DNA of 64,000 nucleotides from an uncultured Pelagibacteraceae bacterium (GCA_902544525.1 CACCCN010000004.1:1083-65082), one strand, 5' to 3'; counted from the stretch's first letter, positions 29,177-39,032 are shown. Notes: generated by a model from the sequence alone, not told the origin. A program made the numbers and translations.

Positions 29177-29726
29177 GTAATTTCTTTCTATTTTTTTCTA
29201 TATAATCTAATGCTGTTTGAATCACTTCACTCATTAAACCACGCATAAATTTTGCTTGAGGACTTCTTCGCAAAGGCTGAAGGTTATCTTCTTCTGATAG
29301 AGGTCCTTCATATGTAATTAAATTTAGAAACTGTTTTATATATAATATTCTTTCATCAATTATTAATTTTACAGTTTCGTCTGGTAAGGCTTCTGAGAAT
29401 AAAAGTAACATTGCATATTCTGATTTGATTTGATCACCATAATTTCCAGAACGAATATAATTCCCTGCGTCTTGCAGTAGAGCTTCTTTTAAGTGATTAA
29501 TACCTTTTTTAGTTATTGAGTATATTTTTCTATCTGGCTTCTTATCTTGCGATTGTTGTTTAAATGTAACTAGTTTCTCACGAGTTAATTTTCCTAAGGC
29601 AGGATAAATTGAACCGAAGCTTAAATTATATATTTGGTTAAGTGGTCCAGATAATATACCTTTAATAGCATAACCAGTTTTTGGCCCGCTCATCAATAAT
29701 CCAAGACAAATAGTATCAGTTTGCAT
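29169..29726 (-). CDS. PadR family transcriptional regulator
   Basis: N-terminal winged-helix region with GYAIKG...SFGSIYPALGKL, typical of PadR. Overlaps the MFP start by 8 nt. Confidence 0.8.
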   Translation of the reverse strand: MQTDTICLGLLMSGPKTGYAIKGILSGPLNQIYNLSFGSIYPALGKLTREKLVTFKQQSQDKKPDRKIYSITKKGINHLKEALLQDAGNYIRSGNYGDQIKSEYAMLLLFSEALPDETVKLIIDERILYIKQFLNLITYEGPLSEEDNLQPLRRSPQAKFMRGLMSEVIQTALDYIEKNRKKLHG

Positions 29727-29753
29727 AATTTTCTTTTATGATCTGAAGTTATA

Positions 29754-29770
29754 TATATCAGATTGATATA
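29754..29770. promoter_or_regulatory. 17-bp perfect palindrome TATATCA-GAT-TGATATA, candidate PadR operator 1
   Basis: Read directly from the padR/rlmE divergent intergenic region, 28 nt upstream of the padR start. Confidence 0.5.
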
Positions 29771-29781
29771 TCGTCAAGATA

Positions 29782-29798
29782 TATATCAACCTGATATA
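29782..29798. promoter_or_regulatory. 17-bp perfect palindrome TATATCA-ACC-TGATATA, candidate PadR operator 2
   Basis: Second copy of the same half-sites, centred 28 bp from the first. Confidence 0.5.
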
Positions 29799-29848
29799 CT
29801 AAATTTATTTATAACGTAAAAACCTATAAACTGTGGTAATTTTTAGAT

Positions 29849-30475
29849 ATGTCAGGAGTTAAAAATAAAAGTTTAAACCATCAAAGTACTGAATGGTTGC
29901 GGCGACACCTTAAAGATCCATACGTAAAACAGTCACAAAAAGACAACTATAGGTCAAGAGCCGCCTATAAACTTACTGAAATTAATAAGAAATTTAATAT
30001 TTTTACTAACGTTAAGTCAGCCTTAGATTTAGGTGCTGCTCCAGGCAGTTGGTCGCAAGTCATGGTCAATGAACTAAAATCACCAATCAAAATTGTAGCT
30101 ATTGATCTATTAGATGTTGAGGCAATTCCTGGTGTTGAGATATATAAAGGTGATTTTACATCTAAAAAATTTAGTAATCATCTAAAAGAAATAGATCCTT
30201 TTGATCTAATTGTCTCAGATATATCGCCCAATATGACAGGTCATAGACAAACTGACTTTTTAAGATCTATGGAAATGTTAGAAGAGGCATTTGCATTGAC
30301 TGATTGCTATTTAAATAAAGGTGGACATTTTATCGCCAAATACTTTCGAAGAGGAGATTTAGGACAACTACTCGTGAATGCGAAGAAAAAATTTACTAAA
30401 GTTTCGTCATTTAAACCAAATGCTAGCCGAAAAAATTCAAGCGAAATCTACCTAGTCTGCTATCAAAAAAAATAG
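29849..30475 (+). CDS. rlmE: 23S rRNA (uridine2552-2'-O)-methyltransferase
   Basis: FtsJ/RlmE motifs: YRSRAAYKL, DLGAAPGSWSQ, SDISPNMTG, and a catalytic K-D-K-E context. Confidence 0.9.
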   Translation: MSGVKNKSLNHQSTEWLRRHLKDPYVKQSQKDNYRSRAAYKLTEINKKFNIFTNVKSALDLGAAPGSWSQVMVNELKSPIKIVAIDLLDVEAIPGVEIYKGDFTSKKFSNHLKEIDPFDLIVSDISPNMTGHRQTDFLRSMEMLEEAFALTDCYLNKGGHFIAKYFRRGDLGQLLVNAKKKFTKVSSFKPNASRKNSSEIYLVCYQKK

Positions 30476-30510
30476 TTGGAAAAATTGACAATAAAAGATA
30501 AATGGCTTAA

Positions 30511-31989
<1,479 letters not shown>

Positions 31990-31992
31990 GTT

Positions 31993-32406
31993 ATGACAAA
32001 GTTAGTTACATTTATTGTATTTAATTTTTTAATTCTTAACACTTATATATACGCGAATAATAATGAATATTTTAGTGATGGAGTAAGTTTTTATAATGAG
32101 GGTAAAATTAATGAGGCAATTTTTTTATTCGAAAAAAGTGTAGTATTTAATCCAAAAGATACCGAATCTTATATTTATCTTGGTTATATAAATAAAGACT
32201 TAGAAGAATTAGACAAAGCCAATCATTACTTTCTCATCGCCTTAACCCTGCAACCCGATAACTTAGAGTTAAATTATTTAGTAGGTGAGTATTTTTACAA
32301 CGCTAATAACAAAGAAAGTTATAGTGAGTATATATATAATTTAGAAGTCTTATGCCCAGATGGATGCGATTATTTAGATCAAATCAAAAAATTAGATAAA
32401 AACTAA
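31993..32406 (+). CDS. Small exported TPR-like repeat protein
   Basis: Signal-peptide-like N-terminus and TPR-like helical repeats (A-x-F-E-K-x-V-x-x-N-P-K). Inserted between guaB and guaA. Confidence 0.45.
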   Translation: MTKLVTFIVFNFLILNTYIYANNNEYFSDGVSFYNEGKINEAIFLFEKSVVFNPKDTESYIYLGYINKDLEELDKANHYFLIALTLQPDNLELNYLVGEYFYNANNKESYSEYIYNLEVLCPDGCDYLDQIKKLDKN

Positions 32407-32418
32407 GAGGAGATTATT

Positions 32419-33957
32419 TTGATTTATATCGTTGATTTTGGCTCACAAGTTACACAACTAATAGCTAGAAGAGTGCGAGAAGCAAATGTTTACTGTGAAA
32501 TTGTAAGTAACAAAAATCTATTGGTTAAAATTAAAGATAAAGAACCAACAGGCATTATTTTTTCAGGCGGGCCTGCTAGCGTTCACAAATTGCATACACC
32601 CAAGATTGATCAGAAAATTTTCTCACTAAATATTCCTATTCTAGGGATTTGTTATGGAATGCAATTAATAGTTCATCAGCTAGGTGGAAAGGTTGAGATA
32701 TCTAAACAACGCGAGTTTGGTAAAACTTTGATAACCCATAAGAACAAGAGTAAGCTTTTTCGTGGTCTAAAGTTAAAAAATAAACAGCATTTTGTATGGA
32801 TGAGCCACGGTGATAAAGCTATTAAACTTCCAAAACATTTTAAGACAATAGCAACTAGTAAAAACTCTAAATTTGTTGGTATAGAAAATAAAGATTTAAA
32901 CATCTACGGTTTACAATTCCACCCCGAAGTAGTTCACACTAATCAAGGCGAAAAAATATTAAATAATTTTATAATACATGTATGTAAAACTAAGCCTACT
33001 TGGAGCATGCAAAATTATTTGAAAACTCAAATTACAAAGATTAAGAATGACGTCAAAAAAGATCACGTAATATGTGGATTATCTGGAGGTGTGGATAGTA
33101 TGGTAACCGCAGCGATAATTTCTAAAGCTATTAATAAACAACTTACTTGTATTTATGTCGACACCGGTCTGATGCGACTTCATGAAACTAAAGAAGTGCA
33201 AAACTTATTTAAAAAACATTTTAAATCAAAGTTAGTGACAATTGATGCAAAGAATAAATTCTTTACTGCACTAAAGGGTGTTTCTGACCCAGAAAAAAAA
33301 CGTAAAATTATCGGTAATTTATTTATTAAAATATTTAATACTGAATCTAAAAAAATTAAAAAAGCAAAATTTTTAGCTCAGGGTACAATCTATCCTGATA
33401 TAATTGAAAGTCAGAGTTTTCATGGTGGACCTACATCAGTGATAAAGTCTCATCATAATGTTGGTGGGCTTCCAAAAGATATGCAATTAGATCTTGTGGA
33501 GCCATTAAGAGAACTATTTAAAGATGAGGTGCGAAGATTAGGTAAAGAATTAAAATTACCAAAAGAATTCATTCAAAGACATCCATTTCCAGGACCTGGA
33601 TTGGGTATTCGAGTGTTAAGCAATATAACTAAAGATAAAGTAAAAATGCTTCAACAGGCAGATAAAATATATATTGATGAGATTAAGGCAGCAAATTTAT
33701 ATAATGAAATATGGCAAGCCTTTGCAGTCTTATTGCCTGTAAGAACTGTGGGTGTAATGGGTGATCAAAGATCATACGAATTTGTATGTGGATTAAGAGC
33801 TGTTACTTCTGTGGATGGTATGACTGCAGATTTTTATCCATTTAGTGGAGAATTTTTAAGTAGAGTTTCGACTCGTATTATAAATGAAGTCAAAGGTATT
33901 AACCGAGTAGTATATGATACAACCTCTAAACCACCGGGCACTATTGAGTGGGAATAA
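32419..33957 (+). CDS. guaA: GMP synthase (glutamine-hydrolysing)
   Basis: TTG start preceded by AGGAG. GATase catalytic GICYGMQ, ATP-PPase SGGVDS, and C-terminal GTIEWE. Confidence 0.97.
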   Translation: MIYIVDFGSQVTQLIARRVREANVYCEIVSNKNLLVKIKDKEPTGIIFSGGPASVHKLHTPKIDQKIFSLNIPILGICYGMQLIVHQLGGKVEISKQREFGKTLITHKNKSKLFRGLKLKNKQHFVWMSHGDKAIKLPKHFKTIATSKNSKFVGIENKDLNIYGLQFHPEVVHTNQGEKILNNFIIHVCKTKPTWSMQNYLKTQITKIKNDVKKDHVICGLSGGVDSMVTAAIISKAINKQLTCIYVDTGLMRLHETKEVQNLFKKHFKSKLVTIDAKNKFFTALKGVSDPEKKRKIIGNLFIKIFNTESKKIKKAKFLAQGTIYPDIIESQSFHGGPTSVIKSHHNVGGLPKDMQLDLVEPLRELFKDEVRRLGKELKLPKEFIQRHPFPGPGLGIRVLSNITKDKVKMLQQADKIYIDEIKAANLYNEIWQAFAVLLPVRTVGVMGDQRSYEFVCGLRAVTSVDGMTADFYPFSGEFLSRVSTRIINEVKGINRVVYDTTSKPPGTIEWE

Positions 33958-33958
33958 A
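33937..33958 (+). repeat. Core repeat copy A (the guaA 3' end including the stop)
   Basis: GGCACTATTGAGTGGGAATAAA. Identical 22-mers recur at 34597-34618 and 35031-35052. Confidence 0.95.
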
Positions 33959-34080
33959 TTAAATAATACAATAAAATCAATAACTTAAGGTCAAATATTT
34001 TTTAAAATGAGTTGATCTCAATTTTACTCTTACTAGTTTTGATTAATTTGCATTTTTAACAAATAACTGTAGATTTAGAA

Positions 34081-34491
34081 ATGTCTAATTTAATTGAATG
34101 TATAGATTGTGGTAAACAAGTTTCAAAACGAGCGACTACATGCCCTAATTGTGGAGCGCCAGTAAAACTTACAATAGCAGAAATTGAAAAACCAAAAAAA
34201 AGTTATACGCAAATAGAGCAGGAAAAACTTGAAGCAAAATTAGGGGTGAAAAAAAAGTCTGAATATGACCCCCAGAATGACCCCCAGAATGAGTCACCTG
34301 TTGGACGTTATTTAAATAGTTGGAGAACCAGTAAAAATAAAAAAATCCATCCATTATATATAATTTTAATAGCTGTTGTTGGTGTTATTATTTTTCATGA
34401 CTCAGTTTATACAATTTCGTATTGTGAGGCGAGAGGTTTTTCCAATGCTTGGATTGCTGATTGTAAAGATCGCATGCGTTGGCTATTTTAA
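34081..34491 (+). CDS. Zinc-ribbon membrane protein, hypothetical (unit 1 cargo)
   Basis: N-terminal CIDCGKQV...CPNCGAPV zinc ribbon, Lys/Glu-rich linker, one TM helix (LYIILIAVVGVIIF), and a Cys-containing tail. Same orientation as guaA. Confidence 0.55.
   Translation: MSNLIECIDCGKQVSKRATTCPNCGAPVKLTIAEIEKPKKSYTQIEQEKLEAKLGVKKKSEYDPQNDPQNESPVGRYLNSWRTSKNKKIHPLYIILIAVVGVIIFHDSVYTISYCEARGFSNAWIADCKDRMRWLF
34267..34290 (+). repeat. Perfect 12-bp tandem duplication GACCCCCAGAAT x2
   Basis: Encodes DPQN-DPQN inside the zinc-ribbon protein linker. Confidence 0.9.
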
Positions 34492-34528
34492 TGAAGTTTT
34501 TTGGATTACCGAACTTAATAAATTAATT

Positions 34529-34618
34529 CTTACACAAAACTTACACACTTTAAAAACAGCCGCTGTAAGCATTGCTACATAAGGCTTTTAAAAACCGGCA
34601 CTATTGAGTGGGAATAAA
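34529..34618 (+). repeat. 90-bp direct repeat copy B (66-bp arm plus core), att-like
   Basis: CTTACACAAAACTTACACACTTTAAAAACAGCCGCTGTAAGCATTG... ending in the 22-bp guaA core. 83 of 90 positions match copy C. Confidence 0.9.
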
Positions 34619-34661
34619 AAATTATTTGAATAGTTGCTCTAGTTAGAATACAAGTCTGTTA

Positions 34662-34949
34662 ATGGATAGACTTATTAATCATATATTTTCAACATTATTT
34701 CCATTAACAATTTCATTAAAAACTGAGAGAATTTTAAAAAATTTTGCTCTGTTACTTGGAATACTTAGCGCACTTGCAATTATTTTTAATTGGTATCCTC
34801 TTGCTATGTTTTTTTCTTTTCCATTCTGTTTGATTTGGATTTATATGGCGTGGTTACACACTGAGCCTCAATTAAAATGGGTGAATTTGATTTTCCTTTT
34901 AATTTACCTTTTTGGTATTGTTGGATACTTATCTAAAATATACCTTTAA
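34662..34949 (+). CDS. Small hydrophobic membrane protein, hypothetical (unit 2 cargo)
   Basis: 95 aa with about 3 predicted TM helices. Same orientation as guaA. No recognisable family. Confidence 0.45.
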   Translation: MDRLINHIFSTLFPLTISLKTERILKNFALLLGILSALAIIFNWYPLAMFFSFPFCLIWIYMAWLHTEPQLKWVNLIFLLIYLFGIVGYLSKIYL

Positions 34950-34962
34950 AAATAAATGAAAA

Positions 34963-35052
34963 CTTGCACAAAACTTACACACTTTAAAAACAGCCGCTGT
35001 AAGCATTGTTATACAAGGCTTCTACAAACTGGCACTATTGAGTGGGAATAAA
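34963..35052 (+). repeat. 90-bp direct repeat copy C (66-bp arm plus core), att-like
   Basis: CTTGCACAAAACTTACACACTTTAAAAACAGCCGCTGTAAGCATTG... ending in the 22-bp guaA core. The following ORF can start inside it. Confidence 0.9.
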
Positions 35053-36159
35053 TTGAAAAATAAAGTTTGGGTTATTGTTATAACATTACTAATGTCATTA
35101 ATAACTACTAATAGTCAAGCAAACGAAACTACCTATAAGACTAAGCGTGTCCCAGCTGAATGGGAGCGCCAGGAGGCGATTTGGATGCAATGGCCTGGAT
35201 ATTGGGAAAAAGATTATGAAATAACTTTTGCTAAGATAAGTGAAATTGTTTCGCGTTACGAAAAGCTTAATATTCTATACGATTCAAAACAAATCTATGA
35301 AGATGCGCAAAAAGCTATAAGAGATATCGAGGCAGATCCAAACAATAAAAATATCTATTGGCATAAAGTGCCTAATGATAATGCTTGGATGAGAGATAAT
35401 GGTCCTGTTTATGTTATAGATAATAATGAGTTAAGGATTCAAAATTGGAATTTTGATGCATGGGGTGGTGCATTTGGTTCAGATATTTCATTTCAACTTG
35501 ATAACACTATTCCAGATAAAGTTGGTGAAATATTAGGCTTACCTGTTGATCATATTGATATAGTACATGAACGAGGTAATTTAGAATTTAATGGATCTGA
35601 TGCAGTTATATTAAATTGGAGTACTATTGGTGATACAAACCGAAATTTAAATTACAATAAACAGCAAGCAGAAATTGATCTAAAAAAACATTTTGGAGTA
35701 ACTAAAGTTATTTTTATTGAAGGTGTACCTGAAGGAGATCTTACAAAAGGACATATTGATGGTATTGCAAGATTTATTGGATTGAGAACTGTAGTTGTAG
35801 TTGAATGTACCACCCAGTCATTATGTCAACCAGGTAGCAAAGACGCAGAAATTTATGATAAAGCAGCGGAAATAATCGGTAAAGCAGGTTTTCAAATTAA
35901 GAGAGAGCCTATTGAAGGCTTTGTTAAATACAACGACCAAATGTTTGATACAAATTATATGAATTGGTTAGTTGGAAATGGATTTGTAATAGTACCTGGT
36001 TTTGGAAATCCAGAAACAGATATTCCAGCTAAATCGCGCATACAAAGCTATTTTCCCAATCGTAACGTATATTTAATTGAGATGTTAAGCTCTTGGGCAG
36101 CTGGGGGTGGGGTGCACTGTCATACGAATGATCAACCTTTATTTCCAATATCCAAATAA
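35038..36159 (+). CDS. Agmatine deiminase / Porphyromonas-type peptidyl-arginine deiminase family protein
   Basis: PAEWERQEAIWMQWP N-terminal block and C-terminal catalytic-Cys block GGGVHCHTNDQP. The start is ambiguous: TTG 35038, TTG 35053 (both would give a signal peptide), or ATG 35092 (cytoplasmic, canonical length). Confidence 0.8.
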   Translation: MSGNKLKNKVWVIVITLLMSLITTNSQANETTYKTKRVPAEWERQEAIWMQWPGYWEKDYEITFAKISEIVSRYEKLNILYDSKQIYEDAQKAIRDIEADPNNKNIYWHKVPNDNAWMRDNGPVYVIDNNELRIQNWNFDAWGGAFGSDISFQLDNTIPDKVGEILGLPVDHIDIVHERGNLEFNGSDAVILNWSTIGDTNRNLNYNKQQAEIDLKKHFGVTKVIFIEGVPEGDLTKGHIDGIARFIGLRTVVVVECTTQSLCQPGSKDAEIYDKAAEIIGKAGFQIKREPIEGFVKYNDQMFDTNYMNWLVGNGFVIVPGFGNPETDIPAKSRIQSYFPNRNVYLIEMLSSWAAGGGVHCHTNDQPLFPISK

Positions 36160-36198
36160 ATCTCTATAATCCAACATACGTAAAATAAGAATTTTTAA

Positions 36199-36732
36199 AT
36201 GGATTATGTAAAATCTCAAAAGATTATTCATTGGGTAATGGCATTTTTAATCATGCTTGATTTATTCATTGCACAAAAATTTGGAGGTGAGATGGAGTTG
36301 TGGGATAGATTAGAATCTCGAGTTGACCACGCAACAGTTGGCCTAATTGTAACTTTTTTATTTGTTCTCAGATTATTTCTTCGATATAGACATGGAGCTC
36401 CAAGCTTACCGACCTCTATGCCCAAATGGCAAATGCTTGCTGCTAATTTGGGACACTACGGTCTATATTTTCTAATGGGGGCATTAATTGTTACTGGAAT
36501 TATATCTGCAAGCTTTGCATCTGATCCAATAATTGTTTTTGGCTCATTTGATCTTGCTTTTGCTAATCACTCTGTTGAATTTTTTATTTTAGTTAGGACC
36601 ATTCACGAGTTTTGTACTAATGCTATAATTGTCTTAATTTTAATTCATATACTTGCTGCAGTATATCATCATTATATTGCAAAAGATGATACAACCTCAA
36701 AAATGCTAAAGTTTTGGACGTCAAAAGTCTAA
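36199..36732 (+). CDS. Cytochrome b561 family protein (CybB-like)
   Basis: 177 aa with 4 TM helices. Conserved His residues are placed as in CybB (IHWVMA near the N-terminus; HILAAVYHH near the C-terminus). Confidence 0.8.
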   Translation: MDYVKSQKIIHWVMAFLIMLDLFIAQKFGGEMELWDRLESRVDHATVGLIVTFLFVLRLFLRYRHGAPSLPTSMPKWQMLAANLGHYGLYFLMGALIVTGIISASFASDPIIVFGSFDLAFANHSVEFFILVRTIHEFCTNAIIVLILIHILAAVYHHYIAKDDTTSKMLKFWTSKV

Positions 36733-36765
36733 TTTTCTAACACATAACTAAAAATTTATTTTGTA

Positions 36766-37617
36766 ATGGATATTAATAAATTAAAAAAATCAGAAACACT
36801 AGATGTGTACGGGTTAGATCATTCTCCTTGGGTACAATCCATTTTACTTAGCTTATATGATAATAAACTTAATTATAATATAAGAACTATTCCAACTTTA
36901 AGTTTGTTATCAAAAAGTGGGGTCATGATGCCAGCAATACGCATTGATGATTCACAATGGAAATTAGATTCAATGGAAATATTATTATCTTTTGGGTATG
37001 ATTCTATTCCAAGTTCTGAAAAAAAATTAATTTTTAGAACCTGGCAAGGAGTACAACATAGAGTTGATAATCCTTTTAAATTTTTTTATTATTTCAGTCT
37101 CTGCAGGGGGTTTAATAAAAATAAAATCTTTAACTTAGTTAGCCATGCTCTTAGACCTATAATAACAATTTATTTTTTTACGCTTTTAAATATTATTAAA
37201 ATAAAAATAAAAAAATTTAATAGTAATGAGAATTTTCTCGATCAGTATACTTACTGGAATAATAAACTATCAAAACAAGGAACAAAATTTTTTGGTGGTG
37301 ACGTTCTTAATATTATTGATTATCAGTTATTTGGTATCATTCAATCGCATTGTAGTATCCCTTTCTTGCCATTAATTGAAACTCTTCAGAAAAATCAAGA
37401 ATTAGATTATTTAAGAAAATGGATTTCAGATATGCAATTTAAATTTGCTGATTACCCACATTTATATTCAGCTGACTATTTTTTACCTAAACAAAAAAAA
37501 ATTGAAAAAGCATCATTTGTTGAAAGAGGTATATATTGGTTTGGCCTGATTAGTTTCCTTGCTATGTTGCCAATTACGCTACTTTTATTGACATATCTGC
37601 TTTTAATAAGAAAGTAG
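36766..37617 (+). CDS. Hypothetical protein with a GST-N/thioredoxin-like start and a C-terminal membrane anchor
   Basis: The N-terminus LDVYGLDHSPWVQSILLSL resembles a GST N-terminal SP[FWY] motif. There are internal and C-terminal hydrophobic helices. Weak call. Confidence 0.3.
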   Translation: MDINKLKKSETLDVYGLDHSPWVQSILLSLYDNKLNYNIRTIPTLSLLSKSGVMMPAIRIDDSQWKLDSMEILLSFGYDSIPSSEKKLIFRTWQGVQHRVDNPFKFFYYFSLCRGFNKNKIFNLVSHALRPIITIYFFTLLNIIKIKIKKFNSNENFLDQYTYWNNKLSKQGTKFFGGDVLNIIDYQLFGIIQSHCSIPFLPLIETLQKNQELDYLRKWISDMQFKFADYPHLYSADYFLPKQKKIEKASFVERGIYWFGLISFLAMLPITLLLLTYLLLIRK

Positions 37618-37712
37618 AAAACACTCAAAAATCACAATTATTTGTTATTTAAATATATACTTAATTAAAATGACACCACTGAAGATTTATGCAAAAATTA
37701 TTTATAATTTAA

Positions 37713-39032
37713 ATGAATACAAAAAATATACCCAATAAAAATTACAGAACTTTTGTGTTAATTCTATTAACAATTGTTTATGGCTTTAATTTTATTGATC
37801 GACAAATTGTAGGTATACTTGCACCCTTTATTCAGCAAGATCTAGGCCTGTCAAATACGCAACTAGGGTTACTTATTGGACTTGCTTTTGCAACTCTCTA
37901 TACCACAGTTGCTATTCCTCTTGCTTGGTTAGCCGATAGATATAATAGAGTTAATATATTATCAATTGCTTTAGCTACATGGAGTGGGTTTACAGCTTTA
38001 ACTGGACTAGCAAATAACTTCTTTCAAATTGCGATAGCTAGAATGGGAGTGGGTATTGGTGAGGCAGGAGGAAGCCCTCCATCACATTCAATCATATCAG
38101 ATTTATATGCTAAAGAAGAACGAGCAGGTGCATTAGGAGTGTACTCAATGGGTATACCACTTGGAATCATGGCAGCGTATTTTGCAACTGCCGCACTTAT
38201 GGGAACTTCTGCAGAAGAAGTTAATTGGAGGCGAATTTTTATTTTTCTTGGCCTTACTGGTATTGCACTTGCAGTTGTACTTAGAATAGTTTTGAGAGAA
38301 CCAGTTCGTGGAGCAATGGAATTTGAGGGCAAAGTTGAAATTGAACAGCCACCATTTTTAGAATCACTAAAAGTTCTTTTAAAAATTCCTGCATGGTGGG
38401 CTATGTGTTTTGGCATAGCTTTTGGATCTTTTGCAGCTTATTCATCTGCTGCATTTCACACTAAGTATTTAATTACACTTGATCCTAGTTATAATATTCA
38501 AAAAATGATTATCATTTTAGGTTTTATAAATGGCATAGCATATGTTGGCGGTACATATTTTGGTGCTAAACTTGCTGATAAGTGGGGCCAAAAAGATATT
38601 CGTGCGTATGGTTGGTTGCCCGCAATAACCATTTTCACTTGTTTACCAATTGGGGTTATTAGTTATTGGGTACCTTCAGTAAATTTAAATCTTATTTGGA
38701 CAACATTATTTCTAGTATTTATAGGCGTATATTTGGGTCCAAGTTTTGCTATAGCTCAAACATTAGCGCCAATTAAAATGCGAGCAATGTCTACGGCTTT
38801 ATTTTTCTTTATTTTAAATATGATAGCGCTTGGCGGCGGCCCTACATTTTCTGGATGGCTTATGGATGTGTTTAAAGAGAACTATAATGATTTGGAATCC
38901 ATTCGACTTGCTATGACAGTGACTTTTTTTATATTTATACCATCAGCTATTAGTTTTTTTATGGTCTCGAAGTTTTTGCCAAGAGACTGGCAAGCTGCTG
39001 AAAAAAGGAACCTTGAATCAGCAAAATCATAG
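37713..39032 (+). CDS. MFS transporter
   Basis: About 12 TM helices and the MFS loop 2-3 motif LADRYNR. Confidence 0.85.
   Translation: MNTKNIPNKNYRTFVLILLTIVYGFNFIDRQIVGILAPFIQQDLGLSNTQLGLLIGLAFATLYTTVAIPLAWLADRYNRVNILSIALATWSGFTALTGLANNFFQIAIARMGVGIGEAGGSPPSHSIISDLYAKEERAGALGVYSMGIPLGIMAAYFATAALMGTSAEEVNWRRIFIFLGLTGIALAVVLRIVLREPVRGAMEFEGKVEIEQPPFLESLKVLLKIPAWWAMCFGIAFGSFAAYSSAAFHTKYLITLDPSYNIQKMIIILGFINGIAYVGGTYFGAKLADKWGQKDIRAYGWLPAITIFTCLPIGVISYWVPSVNLNLIWTTLFLVFIGVYLGPSFAIAQTLAPIKMRAMSTALFFFILNMIALGGGPTFSGWLMDVFKENYNDLESIRLAMTVTFFIFIPSAISFFMVSKFLPRDWQAAEKRNLESAKS

Noticed and set aside
34376-34582. 68-aa plus-strand ORF running from the zinc-ribbon gene into the 90-bp repeat.
   Set aside because: It is an out-of-frame overlap with the better-supported 136-aa ORF. 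Its tail is simply a translation of the repeat arm.
34529-35052. Whether the 90-bp repeats are integron attC sites, tRNA fragments or terminators.
   Set aside because: There are no R''/L''-L'/R' imperfect-palindrome structure and no GTTRRRY core. There is no cloverleaf or T-loop-like sequence. Only a weak AGCC...GGCT stem is present, and a U-tract follows it in one copy only. An att-like site sharing the guaA terminus explains the data better.
38024-38416. 130-aa minus-strand ORF.
   Set aside because: It is antisense to the MFS transporter, with no independent support.
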